From contig JAOZPK010000003.1 in assembly GCA_029932755.1 (NCBI GenBank), forward strand, positions 1-37,682: DNA of 37,682 bases. Reading direction: 5' to 3'. The notes beneath the pieces are model-generated. The model ran no database searches and was not told the DNA's origin. It was given only the letters and a program-made list of their open reading frames with translations. Every line of letters starts with the position of its first letter. Within the stretch, counting starts at the first letter, position 1. A program made the position numbers and the translations under genes. The DNA is from Candidatus Cloacimonadota bacterium (GTDB lineage Bacteria; Cloacimonadota; Cloacimonadia; Cloacimonadales; TCS61). Below are positions 35,135-37,682 of the stretch, piece by piece.

Positions 35135-36177
35135 TGGAAAAATTTTCTGAACTTGCCTTCAATATAGTAAATAATCTCTTAAAGATACAAAGTAATGATG
35201 TCATCTCAATTTCCGGTGAAATTCATAATGGCAACAACTCTAACGAACCACTTATCGAATTACCATTAATAGAAGAATTAGCTGTAGCCATAAGAAAACG
35301 AAAAGCCTTTCCTGTTCTCGAAATGTCTACAGAAAAACTTAAGAAACGTTTTTTTGCAGAAATGCCGGAAGATGTTTTCTCGGTTCCTCCAAATTATTAC
35401 AAAAGTTGGATAAATGCGATTGATAAATTCATTGAGATCAGTTGGGAAAGTTATTCCAGCGATTTTCATGAAACTTCTGACAAACAAATAAAACAATTTA
35501 AAGATTCAACAAACTCCATTATGCAACACCTTTTCCAACAGAAGAAGAAAATAATTTTTCTTAATTTTCCTACTCAGCAGCTGGCCGAGTATATTGGCAC
35601 AGATTATGAAAAACTTATTGATACATACATTCAGGGCGTGAACTGCAATTATAATTTGTTAAAAATTAACGGTGAAGAATACCGTGAGCGATACTTCTCA
35701 TTTTCTAATTATAGGATAACAGCTAATGATGAAACATTAGCTATAAAAATAAATAGAGATAAACCGATTCTCTTTTCCGGTGATATTACTGAACATCAAA
35801 TAATAGTTTTACCAACCGGCATCATTGAATTTCCAATAGTACGTGAAAGTATGAATGGTATCTACTTTGCTGAGAAGATCTATTATAAAGACCGAAATTA
35901 TAATAACATAAAAATTAAATTTGAGAATGGTGCAATCCGCTATGTTGCATTTAAAGAAGATAAAAAGGGAAACTTTCATTTGCAAAATGAACTTATAAAT
36001 AATGATAAGGAGTGTTTCCTCACACTTGGGTTCAATCAAGATATCAAAGAGTATACAAATTATTTCTCTTATGATCGTTGTATTGAAGGTAATATTTCGA
36101 TGAAATTTTTTGATAAGGATTCTAAACCTATCTTTCTTTCAAATATAAATAGTAAAATAGATAAAGAAAATAGATAA
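35134..36177 (+). CDS. Divergent M29 (aminopeptidase T/PepS)-like protein, probably lacking the metal site
   Basis: 347 aa. The N-terminal layout (LAFNIVNNLLKIQSNDVISISGE...LIEELAVAIRKRKAFPVLE...) parallels my recollection of PepS. LPTGIIEFPIV sits where M29 enzymes have PTEEVFTAP. Shorter than typical M29 (about 410 aa). Confidence 0.45.
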   Translation: MEKFSELAFNIVNNLLKIQSNDVISISGEIHNGNNSNEPLIELPLIEELAVAIRKRKAFPVLEMSTEKLKKRFFAEMPEDVFSVPPNYYKSWINAIDKFIEISWESYSSDFHETSDKQIKQFKDSTNSIMQHLFQQKKKIIFLNFPTQQLAEYIGTDYEKLIDTYIQGVNCNYNLLKINGEEYRERYFSFSNYRITANDETLAIKINRDKPILFSGDITEHQIIVLPTGIIEFPIVRESMNGIYFAEKIYYKDRNYNNIKIKFENGAIRYVAFKEDKKGNFHLQNELINNDKECFLTLGFNQDIKEYTNYFSYDRCIEGNISMKFFDKDSKPIFLSNINSKIDKENR

Positions 36178-36228
36178 AAAATAGATAAAATTTGAGAATT
36201 AAGTTTTTTCAAAATTAAGGAGACATGA

Positions 36229-37682
36229 ATGAAAATCGGTTTTGATAATGCTAATTATTTAGAAGAACAAACAGCAGCAATTTTAGAAAGAGTAGGAAAA
36301 TTTGGTAACAAACTATATCTTGAGTTTGGTGGGAAGATCATCTTCGATTATCATGCTTCTCGTGTTTTACCAGGATTTCATCCCAATGTTAAAATGGATC
36401 TTCTGCAAAAACTTAAAGAGCGTGCCGATATAATTCTATGTATCTATGCTGGTGATATCGAGCGTAAAAAGATTCGCGCTGATTTTGGAATAACTTATGA
36501 TGTTGATGCTTTAAAACTTATTGATGATTTGAGAGAGCGTGATATTAATGTTGCAGCAGTTGTAATTACCAGATTTGAAGAACAACCGACTGCAATAATT
36601 TTTAAAAATAAACTCGAACGCAGAAATGTAAAGGTATATACTCACAAATTCACAAAAGGGTATCCCACTGACGTTGATTTAATTGTTAGTGAAGAAGGAT
36701 ATGGAGCAAATGATTACATTGAAACCACGAAACCGCTGGTAATCGTGACAGGACCCGGACCCGGAAGTGGAAAACTTGCAACTTGCCTTTCACAATTGTA
36801 TCATGAACACATAAGAGGAGTTGAAGCTGGATATGCAAAATTTGAGACATTCCCTATCTGGAGCATACCATTAAAACATCCTGTAAATATTGCTTATGAA
36901 TCTGCCACTGCCGACCTTAAAGATTATAACCTTGTTGATCCGTTCCATTTGGAAGCTTATGGTGAAACAACCATCAATTATAATCGGGATGTAGATGCAT
37001 TTCCAGTGCTAAAAAGAATTTTGGAGAAGATCACAGGTGGAGAGGCAATGTACAAATCTCCAACAGATATGGGTGTGAATCGTGCAGGTTTTAGTATTAT
37101 TGATAATGAAGTTACAAAAGAAGCTTCACGTCAGGAAATCATTCGTAGATACTTCCGTTATAGATGTGAATATGTAATGGGATTTGTGAATAAAGATACA
37201 GTTGACCGTGCTGAACTTATCATGAATGAAGTTGATGCAAAACCGGAAGATAGAAAAGTTGTTGAGCCTGCACATAAAGCATCTCTGCAGGCAGAATCAT
37301 GTGGAAAAGGGAATAATGGGATTTTTTGCGGCTCGGCAATTGAATTACAGGATGGATCAATAGTAACAGGCAAAAATTCATCACTCATGCACTCAGCTTC
37401 AAGCCTGATACTTAATGCAATAAAAGTGCTGGCGGGAATTCCAGATGAGATTCATCTTCTTTCACCTCAAGTTATAGAATCCATATTTAATTTTGAAAAA
37501 AATATTCTGGGTGAAAAATCTGTAAGTTTGGATCTGGAAGAAACACTCATTGCTCTTAGCATTAGTGCTACAACAAATCCTACAGCTCAAGCTGCAATGG
37601 AAAAAATAAAAAAACTACGGAGCTGTGAGGTTCATATGACCCATATCCCTACTCCGGGTGATGAAGCTGGCTTACGCCGGAT
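36229..37682 (+). CDS. DUF1846 / UPF0371-family protein (3' end outside window)
   Basis: Not in the ORF track because no stop lies inside the window. AAGGAGA is 5 nt before ATG 36229. Translation [14 protein letters not shown]...LYLEFGGK...VLPG...[12 protein letters not shown]...YAKFETFP...[14 protein letters not shown]...DPFH...[11 protein letters not shown]...FPVLKR...SPTDMGVN...QEIIRRY matches my recollection of streptococcal UPF0371 proteins along its length. Confidence 0.85.
   Translation, partial: MKIGFDNANYLEEQTAAILERVGKFGNKLYLEFGGKIIFDYHASRVLPGFHPNVKMDLLQKLKERADIILCIYAGDIERKKIRADFGITYDVDALKLIDDLRERDINVAAVVITRFEEQPTAIIFKNKLERRNVKVYTHKFTKGYPTDVDLIVSEEGYGANDYIETTKPLVIVTGPGPGSGKLATCLSQLYHEHIRGVEAGYAKFETFPIWSIPLKHPVNIAYESATADLKDYNLVDPFHLEAYGETTINYNRDVDAFPVLKRILEKITGGEAMYKSPTDMGVNRAGFSIIDNEVTKEASRQEIIRRYFRYRCEYVMGFVNKDTVDRAELIMNEVDAKPEDRKVVEPAHKASLQAESCGKGNNGIFCGSAIELQDGSIVTGKNSSLMHSASSLILNAIKVLAGIPDEIHLLSPQVIESIFNFEKNILGEKSVSLDLEETLIALSISATTNPTAQAAMEKIKKLRSCEVHMTHIPTPGDEAGLRR

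Overview
Visibly AT-rich bacterial chromosomal segment. I recognise no rRNA, tRNA, CRISPR array, transposase or integrase. Positions 367-17188 hold a complete, tightly packed division/cell-wall (dcw) cluster on the + strand: mraZ-rsmH-ftsL-ftsI-murE::murF (one fused ORF)-mraY-murD-ftsW-murG-murC-murB-ftsQ-ftsA-ftsZ, with many ATGA/TAATG start-stop overlaps. The same-strand block continues with seven non-canonical genes: a DUF360/holin-like membrane protein, an alpha/beta-hydrolase-like protein, a beta-rich secreted protein, a NodB deacetylase lipoprotein, a GNAT acetyltransferase, a small hypothetical and a two-domain FKBP isomerase. It ends at the first strong intrinsic terminator (22370-22404). 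The right half is mixed housekeeping/accessory: TetR + NMO/FabK-like oxidoreductase (-), a GLUG-repeat surface protein with a T9SS-type C-terminal sorting domain, RluA-family pseudouridine synthase (-), ornithine carbamoyltransferase, PAP2 phosphatase, an Aas-type AMP-ligase (-), an ABC-F ATPase, a patatin-like lipase (-), glutamate racemase, a divergent M29-aminopeptidase-like protein, and a DUF1846/UPF0371 protein that runs off the window end and is missing from the ORF track. The T9SS-type tail suggests an FCB-group (Bacteroidota/Cloacimonadota-like) origin; this is inference only. Five things deserve a second look. (1) A GC-rich, about 47-nt pseudoknot-capable element occurs in two copies between convergent genes, and every difference between copies lies at an unpaired position; it sits inside a mosaic of short hairpin and tandem modules shared by several intergenic regions. 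(2) The uncharacterised hydrolase / beta-rich protein / deacetylase / acetyltransferase module is appended to ftsZ. (3) Twin TTGTACAA palindromes lie between the divergent TetR and GLUG genes. (4) A duplicated murI 3' end forms a start-stop-coupled 18-codon mini-ORF. (5) The dcw cluster has a fused murE-murF, a two-PASTA FtsI and a terminator-like hairpin abutting the ftsI start codon. All functional calls rest on motifs read by eye and on gene order; no database search was possible.
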